Part shown: in pieces, positions 18,591 to 28,711 of the stretch | Layout of the letters: each line of letters begins with the position of its first letter | How positions within the stretch are numbered: the first letter of the stretch is position 1 | Sequence record: SRR16203515_1469 | Length of the DNA stretch: 43,596 bases | Reading direction: 5' to 3' (one strand) | The notes under the pieces: generated by a model | Databases searched by the model: none | What the model saw: the letters and a program-made list of their open reading frames with translations, nothing else | Told to the model about the DNA's origin: nothing | Position numbers and translations under genes: made by a program

Positions 18591-20237
18591 TTACCTCGCT
18601 AACTGCCCAAGCTCAATAATATGGGTAAAGGGGGTATGGCCGGGCAAGGTGCCAAAGGTGTAGCCATGTTGCTGGGCCAGTCTAGTTTCGCAAAATGTCG
18701 CCGCAATCTGGCTGTCATAATGGGCCAGCAACAAGGCGCCTTGCAGTGCCAAGGCTGTGCGCTCGGTCAATAAGCGGCTACGGATCTCAAGGTTCTCGGT
18801 ATCCGCAAACTGGTGCCTAAGTGCGTCAACAAACTGGTCAAAATGAGGATTTTTGCCAGCGGCTTGTGCCAACACCGCAAATATCGCGTTTTTTGTGGCG
18901 GGGTCTTTGCTCAGCGCCCGTAATACGTCTAAGCACTGGACATTTCCGCTGCCTTCCCAAATGGAATTTAACGGCGCTTGGCGATACAGTCGAGGCAAAA
19001 TGTTTTCCTCCACATAGCCAATGCCACCTAAACATTCTTGCGCTTCATTAATCAATACCGGTGCCCGCTTGCATACCCAATACTTCCCCACTGCTGTAGC
19101 AATGCGTGCGAAAGCGGCTTCCTCTTCATTATCGTCTGCGGCATCGATGGCCTGAGCTACACGCATGGTTAAGGCGAGATGAGCACTACACTCAATAGTC
19201 ATATCGGCCAACACATTTTGCATTAGCGGCTGGTGGATAAGAGGTTTACCAAATGCGTTACGGTAGGTGACATGGTGGGTGGCTTGCACTAATGCCTGAC
19301 GCATAATCGCCGTCGAACCAATCATACAGTCCAAGCGAGTAAGGGATACCATATCAAGAATCACCGAAATACCCCTTCCTTCACTCCCTAATAAATAGGC
19401 GGTCGCGCCGGTGAACTCCACTTCACTAGACGCGTTACTCCAGTCGCCAAGTTTGTCTTTCAATCGCTGAATACGCACCTTATTAAGGCTGCCATCTTCG
19501 CATATGCGGGGGAGTAAAAAACAACTCAAGCCACCCTCTGCTTGTGCAAGGATAAGGTGGCCGTCGCTCATAGGGGCAGAAAAGAAGAACTTGTGGCCAA
19601 TAATTTTATAACTACCGTCAGCTTGTTGAGTGGCGGTGGTCGTATTACTTCTTACGTCCGAGCCTCCTTGTTTTTCGGTCATCCCCATGCCCAGCGTAAT
19701 GCCATTTTTGTCTTTCGCCGGTAAACATCTCGGATCATAGCTACCATTAACCAGTTTATCTAGCCAGTAAGCGGGGAGTTGCTGGCCATATTTAAGAGCA
19801 GGGTAGGCGGCATGCGTCATGGTTAACGGGCAGGTAGTGCCCGCATCAGCTTGGCACTGCATAAATAATAAGGCCGCCCGGATCACATGTGCCCCGGTTT
19901 GATGAGGATGTAGCCACGAATAGTTATGTACGTTAGCGTTCATCGACTCGCCCATTAGCTGGTGGTAACTCGGGTGAAAGTCGACTTTATCGATACGTCT
20001 GCCATAGCGATCAAAGGGGTGGAACACAGGCTTGTTGTTATTCGCTTGTTCCCCTGCATCGGGCAATACCTCGCCTGCTATTTCGCCAAAGCTATTGAGA
20101 ACATAGGGGGGCGTGGGTACGCCGCTATGACGCACCGCATGTTGAAGAAGCGAGTCATTCGTCCAATAGTTATAGGGTGCGAGAGGTTGTGGTTGATTTT
20201 CCACGGTATGGGTTTCAAAGGCGCTATCTTGATTCAC
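18591..20237 (-). CDS. aidB: AidB-type acyl-CoA dehydrogenase family protein
   Basis: THTVENQP N-terminus, CPLTMT, GMGMTEKQGGSDV, KDKLGDWSNASSEVEF, APLNSIWEGSGN. Confidence 0.88.
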   Translation of the reverse strand: MNQDSAFETHTVENQPQPLAPYNYWTNDSLLQHAVRHSGVPTPPYVLNSFGEIAGEVLPDAGEQANNNKPVFHPFDRYGRRIDKVDFHPSYHQLMGESMNANVHNYSWLHPHQTGAHVIRAALLFMQCQADAGTTCPLTMTHAAYPALKYGQQLPAYWLDKLVNGSYDPRCLPAKDKNGITLGMGMTEKQGGSDVRSNTTTATQQADGSYKIIGHKFFFSAPMSDGHLILAQAEGGLSCFLLPRICEDGSLNKVRIQRLKDKLGDWSNASSEVEFTGATAYLLGSEGRGISVILDMVSLTRLDCMIGSTAIMRQALVQATHHVTYRNAFGKPLIHQPLMQNVLADMTIECSAHLALTMRVAQAIDAADDNEEEAAFARIATAVGKYWVCKRAPVLINEAQECLGGIGYVEENILPRLYRQAPLNSIWEGSGNVQCLDVLRALSKDPATKNAIFAVLAQAAGKNPHFDQFVDALRHQFADTENLEIRSRLLTERTALALQGALLLAHYDSQIAATFCETRLAQQHGYTFGTLPGHTPFTHIIELGQLAR

Positions 20238-20406
20238 GGTAAAACTTATTGATAGATAATGTTAATAGCACGTTACGCAGTGTGGATTTGATTGTCAATT
20301 TAGGTCATTTTAACCCCATAGTGCACGGCGTCGCGGGAAGTGCTTGAGTTTTTTCGCTTGGGCGTGGTAACACTATACGGATTGGCTGTTCTACGGAAGA
20401 AGAAGT

Positions 20407-21519
20407 ATGAAGACACACCGCCCCTTGTTTAAACATATTAAGAACCATACCGCGCTATTTAGCGAGCTATCGGCATATCGTCATGCGGCGGTTGAGTCCC
20501 TTGGTTTATCGGGTTACGAGTTTTATAAGACGCCGAAATTTGTTACCGCTGAGGGTAGCCGCTTAACTATAGAGCCAGAGCGAAGTATTGTGGTGCCAAA
20601 GGTTAACGTATTAGAAGGCGTGAAAACGCAGTTGGCTGCCTCTATCCCAGGTATGGCGATGGTTGAACATAGTGAAATTGGTTATCGCTATCCTACCGCC
20701 GCGTTAGCTGGCTTAGACGCACCTTTTATTAAGCGCATGCGTTCAGAGTACTTTCATAAGGTGGATGAGGACAGAAGCATTTGCCGTCCGGTTAACTTGT
20801 CATATGGCATAAAAAGTCGCGGCAAAGCCGACGACAGGCAAGAGTATGAAGTATGGATGCCTGATGAAGCGCCTGATAAAAATCCTCTGCCACTACTGAT
20901 TAATAAGTATGGTGAAGATTTACCTCATGAAGTGCGTCAGTTTGTTGCACAACCGTCACGGGTGCATGGGTGGATGGGAGTAAAACGTGCTGCCTTTGAG
21001 GCGCTCTACCAAAACAAACAAGCCTGTGGGGATCTTGTCATCTGTATTGCCATGAGCGTGGATGCTTATAATATAGGAGCACAGCCTGACTTATCCTATT
21101 CGCCTCAAGTTGAAAGCTCGATTGCCGCAAGCAATGCCGAGCTCGAATGGGAAATAGAGGGGTATTATGCCCCTGAAGGCTGGGAGTTTGATCATGATAT
21201 GGTCTGGGATGCAATTTATCATACGCTAGCGGCTGTCGGTGCTCCCCTCGACGAACTTTATAGTCATCATATTTTGCCGATTACCGAAAGCAAGACTGAG
21301 CGTATATTATCCACATTAGCCGCTTTAGGGGTTACACAACAAGAGGTAGACGAGCTCAATTTGCAACCTTGGGAGTTTTTGCAGACAGAAAGTCAGCATA
21401 GAGTGAAATCTCATGATCCCAGTCGACCCGTAAACTTGCTCGGAAGGTTAAATCGCTTGTTCTATCAACCAGAATTACAACTCCCTTCGCTTAACTGGAT
21501 GCACGATCTCATTATTTAA
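20407..21519 (+). CDS. Uncharacterised protein, probable divergent CYTH/TTM fold
   Basis: 370-aa ORF with ordered CYTH-like motifs IEPERSIVV, EIGY, KRMR, IKSRGKADDRQEYEV, VKR, SVDAY, AELEWEIE (see findings). Confidence 0.6.
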   Translation: MKTHRPLFKHIKNHTALFSELSAYRHAAVESLGLSGYEFYKTPKFVTAEGSRLTIEPERSIVVPKVNVLEGVKTQLAASIPGMAMVEHSEIGYRYPTAALAGLDAPFIKRMRSEYFHKVDEDRSICRPVNLSYGIKSRGKADDRQEYEVWMPDEAPDKNPLPLLINKYGEDLPHEVRQFVAQPSRVHGWMGVKRAAFEALYQNKQACGDLVICIAMSVDAYNIGAQPDLSYSPQVESSIAASNAELEWEIEGYYAPEGWEFDHDMVWDAIYHTLAAVGAPLDELYSHHILPITESKTERILSTLAALGVTQQEVDELNLQPWEFLQTESQHRVKSHDPSRPVNLLGRLNRLFYQPELQLPSLNWMHDLII

Positions 21520-21531
21520 CGTGCAGCCCCA

Positions 21532-21565
21532 AGCAGCAGTAGGTGCATGCATACCTATTGCTGCT
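21532..21565. terminator. Long hairpin 3' of the CYTH-like gene
   Basis: AGCAGCAGTAGGT-N8-ACCTATTGCTGCT (one G-U pair); no U-tract. Confidence 0.45.
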
Positions 21566-21853
21566 CACCGTTCATTATCTACCCCATTATCATCTCACCG
21601 CCGGCTCAGGTGAGTGTGTCTGTGGAGATCAGTTTTCCCTATCTAAAGGGTAACAAAATTGCAGTTTTTGTTAGCCAAATTGAATATATTGTTAATTAAT
21701 GTAAATAACTTTCAGTTTTGCCGTGATCTTTTCGTTTTATTTCAATAATTCCGTAATAAAATTACATAAAGTGCTTTATTTATTCCGCTGAGGGGGCATA
21801 ATAGCGCCGTGGTTAGAAATAAATCTAATTTAATTACGAAATAGGAAATACCA

Positions 21854-22321
21854 ATGAAACTGTCTACTTTAGCCCTTGCACTTACCTTTACCGTAGCTGC
21901 TACTCAGTCTTTCGCGAAAGACATTGTTTTTAAGCCTGCCAATGCAAACATCGAAACTAAAGCATGTTTAACAGCAGCCAACGAAGGTTATGCTCCAGCA
22001 CTTCGTTTTATCAGAAAAAGTGGTTTTAACGCCGATGAATTCAGCGCGTCAGTGCGTTGTAACGGTGAAAGCCTAAGAACCTTTGCTCACATGTTCAGAA
22101 ACACTGAAGCAAACACAGAGTTGAAAACCATCACACTAGTGGCTAAAAATGAAGACACAGCGTCAAAAGCGTGTTTAGCGGCTATCACAGTAGGTGCTAA
22201 TAAAGCCCTAGCTCAATATCAGTTAAAAGGTGAGAACATCATCTGTAACCACAAGCAAATTTCTGATTTTGCTCGTGAATACCGCACAAACAATGTTGTT
22301 GTTCGTAGCATCTCTGAATAA
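21854..22321 (+). CDS. Secreted protein with two tandem DUF3718-like domains
   Basis: Signal peptide; repeated units TKACLTAA...VRCNGESLRTFA and SKACLAAI...IICNHKQISDFA; AGGA RBS. Confidence 0.75.
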   Translation: MKLSTLALALTFTVAATQSFAKDIVFKPANANIETKACLTAANEGYAPALRFIRKSGFNADEFSASVRCNGESLRTFAHMFRNTEANTELKTITLVAKNEDTASKACLAAITVGANKALAQYQLKGENIICNHKQISDFAREYRTNNVVVRSISE

Positions 22322-22369
22322 TATCGAGAAAGCTCAGCAATAATATTGCTAACATGTTTACAGTTTCAT

Positions 22370-22395
22370 GGCCTACTCACAACAACGAGTAGGCC
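22370..22395. terminator. Hairpin between convergent genes
   Basis: GGCCTACTC-N8-GAGTAGGCC. Confidence 0.55.
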
Positions 22396-22421
22396 TGATA
22401 CTTAAGCTTCTACACTGTCCT

Positions 22422-23753
22422 CTATAATGAAGATTGAGGCGAAATTAAGTGCAAAACTTGTTGTCGTCCATCTAAATACGTCACCTTATCTCCATCAAAA
22501 AACGCATCTTCCTCTAACATAATACGTATGCTCTTGTTCCATTCAGGTACATGGCTGGCCGTGTTCAATTCAATCGAAAACACCGTATTTGGATAGAGCG
22601 GGTAATCGCCGTTGATAGGCACGCCTTGCTGTGCATCCCACATTCCAATCGTTGGCCCTGCCGCATGGCCATGAAAGCCGAGGGGATGGGTATAGATACT
22701 GGGTGTTAAGCCATTCTCTATTGCCTTATGACGGGCACGTTTTAAGATTTCATTGCCTGAGCGCCCAGTAGCAAATTCTGCTGTTAGTATATCCTGTAAT
22801 TGATTGGCGGCCTTCAGCGCAGCAATCAGACCGGCAGGCGGTACGGTTTCACCAGGTTTAAGCACATAAGCGTGTTGCTGTTGATCCGTATTAAGGCGCA
22901 GATAAGTAATGCCAAAGTCTACATGCAATAAATCACCGGGTTGAATGACATTGCCCTTTGCCCGTTTGCTAAACGCCTTTATTTGATCAAAGGCTTCATC
23001 GTCTGCGCGCTGTATAGAAACGCTCGGATGAAACCAGTTGGTAAGCCCCAACTTAGTGGTATGTTCTCTCAGCCACCAAACCACATCATCGGTGGTGGTT
23101 TCTCCTGGTGTAATCACATCGTTGGAAAAGGCGCGTTGAATTAGCTGGTGGCCAATTTGGGTTAGTTGCGGGTAGTACTCCATTTCAAGTTGGCTGCGGG
23201 TTTCTAACCAACCAATCGCTAGGGTTTCCGCCGATACTACCCGTGGCTGCAATGAAGCAGGCAAGGCCTCCATTAATTGACTTTTTTCACTGCTGCTCAT
23301 GCCGTCAGCAAGGGCAAAAGAAGGGGAAACGTTTATGCCAATTTTATTGGGATTGCGCGCTTTTATGATCTCCACTAAGGCGTTAAATTGATCCGGTTGT
23401 ACTTCTTTGTCCCAGGCCTTTTCAAATATGTCTCCCACTGCATAGCGCGCCACCGCCAAGCGCTCTAAGGGGGCGCCATTTTGGGGGTTATAGATGACTA
23501 ACATGGTATGGCGGCGAGCAGAAAACCAGGTGGACGGTAGCATGGTTTTTAACACGGGATCTTCGTTATACTCCCGCGACATAACCACCCACATATCTAT
23601 CCCTTCTCGCTCCATTAATGGCGGTAATACCTCATTGAAGCGCTGTATTAGTATGTTGTCGATTATTTCACTTCGTTGCTTCATGCTAACAACCTCATTG
23701 GCCTGCACAAAAGCACAGGTAAATACCAACAAGGCTATAATGAGCTTATTCAT
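22422..23753 (-). CDS. Secreted M24-family (Xaa-Pro aminopeptidase-like) metallopeptidase
   Basis: Signal peptide; metal ligands in HVDFG, NTD, YTHPLGFHGH, SIE and MLEED. Confidence 0.85.
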   Translation of the reverse strand: MNKLIIALLVFTCAFVQANEVVSMKQRSEIIDNILIQRFNEVLPPLMEREGIDMWVVMSREYNEDPVLKTMLPSTWFSARRHTMLVIYNPQNGAPLERLAVARYAVGDIFEKAWDKEVQPDQFNALVEIIKARNPNKIGINVSPSFALADGMSSSEKSQLMEALPASLQPRVVSAETLAIGWLETRSQLEMEYYPQLTQIGHQLIQRAFSNDVITPGETTTDDVVWWLREHTTKLGLTNWFHPSVSIQRADDEAFDQIKAFSKRAKGNVIQPGDLLHVDFGITYLRLNTDQQQHAYVLKPGETVPPAGLIAALKAANQLQDILTAEFATGRSGNEILKRARHKAIENGLTPSIYTHPLGFHGHAAGPTIGMWDAQQGVPINGDYPLYPNTVFSIELNTASHVPEWNKSIRIMLEEDAFFDGDKVTYLDGRQQVLHLISPQSSL

Positions 23754-23986
23754 TCAAATTCCTTATTAAGTTGACGGGCCTTTGCGTTACCTGAGCACTG
23801 TTAAGAAATGGCCCATTTTTGGGGATATCAGCGTCGTACTTTAGCTTCTCAAAATAGAATCGGTAGAACAAAGCATATCTGTCTTTAACCCCCAGTCAGT
23901 TGTACAATAGCACGAACAAATATAACCCACTTATTAGCTGGGTGAATAACATGCACAGGTATCTGATCAGGTAGACGTATTCAGTA

Positions 23987-24898
23987 ATGCACCCAAGAAA
24001 TCTTCATAAAAACGGTTACCCGATGGGCAAGCTACGGCAGACTTATCCTGCCCTTGCCGACTATTTAATCAAAGCGAAAAGTGGCAACTTAAGCATTGAT
24101 TTCTCCAACCCCTGCGCGGTTAAAGCATTGAATGCGGCCTTGTTGGCCCATTATTACCACATTGCGCACTGGGATATTCCTCAAGGGTACCTATGCCCGC
24201 CGGTACCCGGTAGAGCAGACTATATTCACGGCATCGCTGATTTATTGGCTAGCGAAAACCAAGGGAAGATCCCGCGAGGCGCGGACGTAAAAGGGCTGGA
24301 TATCGGCGTCGGAGCAAATGCCATTTACCCTATCATTGGTAGTCAATCCTATGGCTGGGCATTTGTTGGCAGCGATATTGATACAACCTCGGTGAATGCG
24401 TGTAAGCAGTTGATAAAGCAAAATCCCGTGTTAAAAACGAGCTTTAGCACTCGTCATCAGACAGATAAGCGATGCATTTTTAACGGCGTGGTGAAAAGCG
24501 ATGACCATTTTGCTTTTAGTATGTGCAATCCGCCTTTTCATAAATCTGCCGATGATGCTCTGCGTGGTAGCACACTGAAAACTGCAAACCTCTCCCGCCA
24601 TAAGCAAAAGTATGGCAGTAAAGTGTCAAAGCGAGTGGCAGCGACAAACCTCAACTTCGCCGGTAGGTCTAATGAACTGTGGTGTGAGGGAGGAGAGTTA
24701 GCTTTCAATCAACAGATGATTAAAGAAAGTGTGCAGGTAAAAGACAATATTACTTGGTTTACCTGCTTAGTATCGAAAAGTGCGCATCTAAAACCTATCG
24801 CCACCAGCGTCAAGTATTACGGTGCCACCCAATTTAAGCAAATTGATATGGGGCAAGGGCAAAAACAGAGTCGCTTTGTGGCCTGGACCTTTGCTTAA
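23987..24898 (+). CDS. rlmF: 23S rRNA m6A1618 methyltransferase
   Basis: MHPRNLH start, LCPPVPGRADYIH, LDIGVGANAIYP, CNPPF, ELWCEGGE, SRFVAWTF. Confidence 0.93.
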   Translation: MHPRNLHKNGYPMGKLRQTYPALADYLIKAKSGNLSIDFSNPCAVKALNAALLAHYYHIAHWDIPQGYLCPPVPGRADYIHGIADLLASENQGKIPRGADVKGLDIGVGANAIYPIIGSQSYGWAFVGSDIDTTSVNACKQLIKQNPVLKTSFSTRHQTDKRCIFNGVVKSDDHFAFSMCNPPFHKSADDALRGSTLKTANLSRHKQKYGSKVSKRVAATNLNFAGRSNELWCEGGELAFNQQMIKESVQVKDNITWFTCLVSKSAHLKPIATSVKYYGATQFKQIDMGQGQKQSRFVAWTFA

Positions 24899-24919
24899 CT
24901 CGTTAAGGTAATCAGGTGT

Positions 24920-25612
24920 CTACCCTTCTAACTTTACGCATTTGTAGCGTGTATCTTGATAGGCTAGGGTAGCGGTGTCCCCTTGATTCCAGAAGTACGA
25001 TTGGGCACTGACATAACGTGCACCCGACGCGCTTCGTTCCCGTTTCATGACCAGTGATTCGTTGGGCAAGTTAAGAGTGATGGTCTCTGGGCCGACAAAT
25101 GACATGGTAATTTCCCCCAAGTTATCACAGCTAAACGGATGACGGGTAAGACTTTGGTTATCTTGCTTTGCATGCGCGGCCGCTTTTGTGTCTGCTTGAG
25201 TATTGACTAGCTTAAGGCGAATATCAGCATCATCCGCTGTGAGAAACACCCATGGCTTAGTTGCGCTTTGTTTGAGGGTGGTAATACTGCCAAGTGCCTG
25301 CATATAACGTTGTTCTTGCTGCATTAGCGCCGGTGGGCACATTTTTCGTGTCAGAGCCAATTGGCTAATAGAAAGGGTACTTGCGGTTTGCGTTAGGCTA
25401 CCGGTAAAGTTATTACAGCCAGCACTGCCTGACACAGTTGCACCTGATACGTTTAAGGTTAAATAGCTATTGTCGATGACGCCGCCGTTATTGATATCTT
25501 CAACCATCCACTGACCTTCAAGAGAAGGAGCGGGAGCGTCTGGTTTGGGGTGGCTAACACAGCCAGAAACGAGGGTGAGAGCGGTGATCAGTGTCCATAT
25601 TTTCATTTGCAT
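24920..25612 (-). CDS. Lipoprotein with a META domain and a C-terminal MliC-like domain
   Basis: Lipobox VSGC; META motifs GSAGCNNFTG and TRKMC; MliC motifs SASGARY and FWNQG. Confidence 0.85.
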   Translation of the reverse strand: MQMKIWTLITALTLVSGCVSHPKPDAPAPSLEGQWMVEDINNGGVIDNSYLTLNVSGATVSGSAGCNNFTGSLTQTASTLSISQLALTRKMCPPALMQQEQRYMQALGSITTLKQSATKPWVFLTADDADIRLKLVNTQADTKAAAHAKQDNQSLTRHPFSCDNLGEITMSFVGPETITLNLPNESLVMKRERSASGARYVSAQSYFWNQGDTATLAYQDTRYKCVKLEG

Positions 25613-25762
25613 GAATACTCCTTAATAGATGAAGGTAAGCGTTAACGCTTGCGACTATTATGCAAAATTAAGCCTGAATATGATATGAATGAAATAGGGT
25701 AAACGGTGCGCTTTTACGTCACTGGGCTGAAATGTCATAGCGTATAGATAAGGTTATGAGTT

Positions 25763-25790
25763 AAAAGCCACTAGCGGGCTACCTAGTGGC
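25763..25790 (-). terminator. Rho-independent terminator of the crotonase gene
   Basis: GCCACTAG-N8-CTAGTGGC followed by TTTT on the minus strand. Confidence 0.65.
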
Positions 25791-25815
25791 GAGTCAGTTA
25801 CCAGTGCAAACGGGG

Positions 25816-26472
25816 TTAGACACCCATGTTATCGAGGGTGTGTTGGCGTAATTGGTGTTTTGACTGTGCAAATGATGAAGAAGGCAGCATTTTAAGTTGT
25901 TCTGCATACGCTTTGGCGGTGGTTAACACTTGGTCTTGGGGCACAGCCATATCTAAATAGCCCGCTGTGACCGCTTCCTTACCTTGATAAATACGGGAAA
26001 AGAGTAAAGCTTCGGTAAGCGAGGTTGGCGCTAGACGTGCCTTGGCTAGTTCCATCCCAAAGCTGGGTAACACCATGCCTATAGCGGTCTCATTTAAACC
26101 GTACTTAGTATCGCCGTCTTTACCGATACGTAAGTCGCCCGCCATTAAAAAGATGGCGCCAAGCGCAATGCTGTGTCCTTCAGCAGCCATAATCACAGGC
26201 TTAGGAAAACCGTACAGACGCTTCACTAAAGTGGCCCCCTCGGTGACCAGTTTCATCTGATTGGTTTCGTCGTCGCCCTTCATTACGCTAAGGTCGAAGC
26301 CGCCGCAAAATTTACCTTCGCCACCGTAAATGATCACAGCTTTGGCGTCACTTTCTACCTTATCTAGCGCGTTATTAAACCGGTTAATTAAATCAAACCC
26401 TACGGCATTCACCTTGCCATCATCGAAGGTTATCAATGCTATTTCGTTTTCTATGGTTAAATCAAAAGACAT
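25816..26472 (-). CDS. Crotonase / enoyl-CoA hydratase-isomerase family protein
   Basis: DDGKVNA, FCGGFDL, GHSIALGA, GLNETAIG. The ATG at 26472 has an AGGA RBS. Confidence 0.88.
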   Translation of the reverse strand: MSFDLTIENEIALITFDDGKVNAVGFDLINRFNNALDKVESDAKAVIIYGGEGKFCGGFDLSVMKGDDETNQMKLVTEGATLVKRLYGFPKPVIMAAEGHSIALGAIFLMAGDLRIGKDGDTKYGLNETAIGMVLPSFGMELAKARLAPTSLTEALLFSRIYQGKEAVTAGYLDMAVPQDQVLTTAKAYAEQLKMLPSSSFAQSKHQLRQHTLDNMGV

Positions 26473-26748
26473 ACTTATAATCCTAAGGTGTTTTTTGTCA
26501 GTGTGAGCGTGCAAAAGGGGATGCTCAACTTTTAATTTGTGATTGCTACGCTTTGGCTGTGTTTATAGTTGTTGCCGACGCTGCCCGTGAGGACTCAGTG
26601 CAGATGTACGTAGCTTGCTCGTGTTCACGGGACTTTTCAGAAAAAGGCGATTACAGTTAACCTTGTGATAGTGTAAAGTGTCGCGCTTTTAGCGCAGGCT
26701 AACGTGGGTACTGGTTAATACGCGCGAATAAATGGGTAAGTGGTAAAA

Positions 26749-27483
26749 ATGAAACTAGAAGACGTCAAAAAGCTGCATCAGAAAAAATACCGTAGCCAAT
26801 TTAAACACTACCTTGTGGAAGGTGAGCACTTGGTTTTAGAGTTAGTCAAAGCCACAGGTAAAGACGATGCCACTATTACGCTTTATGTTACCGAAGAATA
26901 CCTTAGTTGGGGACAAAATTTAGCCACCTCATTTACACTTGTTGAGGTCACTCAAAAGCAAATGGCGCAACTGAGCGATACCAAAACCCCGCAAGGGATC
27001 ATCGCGTGTGTTCCTCTACCTGACAAGATGGCCACAGCGAAACTCGATAAGGTGAAGAGGTATATCTATTTGCACGAAGTGCAAGACCCCGGCAACTTAG
27101 GCACTATATTGCGTAGTCTTGCCTGGTTTGGGAATTTTAGCCTATTACTCAGCCCAAATAGTGTCGATCCCTTTAACTCTAAGGTGGTCAGAGCAAGTAT
27201 GGGGGCCATTTTTCATGTCCCTATAGAGCTAGATGTCACCCTTGAAGTGTTAGGTAGTAGGTTCAGTGAATTTGCTTACCTCGATATGCAGGGGACTGCG
27301 ATTTCAGATAGTGGGTTTAACGACTATCAGTGCTATTTATTTGGTAACGAAGCACGAGGCGTGCCTCGTGAGGCATTAGCCGCGGTAGGGGCTAAGGGCT
27401 TTACAATTGCCGGAAGCGGAAAAATCGATTCGCTCAATTTGGCAAGCGCAGTCAATATCTGCGTATATCAGTTATCCCAGTAA
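26749..27483 (+). CDS. TrmH/SpoU-family RNA methyltransferase
   Basis: QDPGNLGTILRS, RASMGA, FGNEARG, DSLNLA. Confidence 0.9.
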   Translation: MKLEDVKKLHQKKYRSQFKHYLVEGEHLVLELVKATGKDDATITLYVTEEYLSWGQNLATSFTLVEVTQKQMAQLSDTKTPQGIIACVPLPDKMATAKLDKVKRYIYLHEVQDPGNLGTILRSLAWFGNFSLLLSPNSVDPFNSKVVRASMGAIFHVPIELDVTLEVLGSRFSEFAYLDMQGTAISDSGFNDYQCYLFGNEARGVPREALAAVGAKGFTIAGSGKIDSLNLASAVNICVYQLSQ

Positions 27484-27563
27484 ACAATTAACTTAAATAC
27501 TATGGTGAGGTCAGCCTTGCGCGTTCACCCGCGTAGCTTACCGACCAGCAAAGGATAAATAAC

Positions 27564-28562
27564 GTGGCGTTACAATGGTTTCCCGGGCATATGCACAAAG
27601 CCCTCAAAGAGATTAAAGAGTCTCTCAGTCAAGTCGATATTTTAATTGAAGTACTCGATGCTCGTATACCCTATTCAAGCGAAAACCCTGAGATTGCAAA
27701 AATACGGGGCGATAAGCCGTGTATCAAAATTCTTAATAAATATGATTTAGCCGATCCGGATATTACCGCACAGTGGCAGGACTATTTAGAGTCTGAGCGC
27801 GGCGTGAAAACCATTACCACTTCAAGTGATAAGCCGGGCAGCAGTAAACAAATTATGGCAATGATAAAGACCATGTTTGCGCACAAAGACGTACAGCATA
27901 AGTCAATAAAAGCCATGATCACCGGTATTCCTAATGTGGGTAAATCCACACTGATTAATATACTGGCGGATCGGATTATTGCTAAAACCGGCAATGAGCC
28001 CGCCGTTACTAAAAGTCAGCAACGGATAAACTTAGGCGATGGCATTATTCTGTTTGACACCCCAGGGGTCCTTTGGCCTAAATTAGAAAACCCGCATTCT
28101 ATCTATCGCTTAGCCTCCTCTGGCGCCGTGAAAAATACCGCCATGGAGTATGACGACGTCGGTTTTTTCGCCGCGGATTATCTTATTAAAGCCTATCCCG
28201 AGGTGATGAAGTCAACCTATAAGCTAGATGAGTTGCCACAAACAGAGCTTGAGTTTCTAGAGGCGGCAGCACGTAAGCGTGGCGCCATCATGGCAGGTGG
28301 ACGGGTAAATTTGCATAAAATTTGTGAAGTCTTGCTCAACGAATTGCAATCAGGAAAACTGGGTCGTGTGACGTTAGAGACACCCGCTATGGTGGCCAAG
28401 GAAAAAATTGAAATAGTAGAGGCGGCGGCGAAAAAAGAGGCGGACAAAGCAAAGCGTAAACAACGTTTCAAAGAAGGTTCGTTAACCCCGGATAAGCAGG
28501 CGCGTAAAGAAAAGCGTAATGAAAAACGCCAAGAGCAGAGTCGCCGTATGAAAAAGCGTTAG
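27564..28562 (+). CDS. rbgA: Ribosome biogenesis GTPase YlqF/RbgA
   Basis: QWFPGHM N-terminus; circularly permuted order G4 NKYD, G1 GIPNVGKS, G3 DTPG; Lys/Arg-rich C-tail. Confidence 0.92.
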   Translation: MALQWFPGHMHKALKEIKESLSQVDILIEVLDARIPYSSENPEIAKIRGDKPCIKILNKYDLADPDITAQWQDYLESERGVKTITTSSDKPGSSKQIMAMIKTMFAHKDVQHKSIKAMITGIPNVGKSTLINILADRIIAKTGNEPAVTKSQQRINLGDGIILFDTPGVLWPKLENPHSIYRLASSGAVKNTAMEYDDVGFFAADYLIKAYPEVMKSTYKLDELPQTELEFLEAAARKRGAIMAGGRVNLHKICEVLLNELQSGKLGRVTLETPAMVAKEKIEIVEAAAKKEADKAKRKQRFKEGSLTPDKQARKEKRNEKRQEQSRRMKKR

Positions 28563-28711
28563 CTTGCGGTTCGTCAGGCCATAGAAGGGCACATAGGGGG
28601 GATTGAAACATTAGGTTACGTTAATTTAATAGCAAAACGGTGATGAATTGCGTAGCTTTGAGTTACCCGTGCCCATGTCAATGTGCCTAGTCAATAAAAC
28701 AACAATCAAGG

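Noticed and set aside
26584-26631. Hairpin CCCGTGA...TCACGGG in the crotonase-TrmH divergent gap as an ncRNA
   Set aside because: Irregular interior, no recognisable riboswitch motif, and no promoter/terminator pair to support it.
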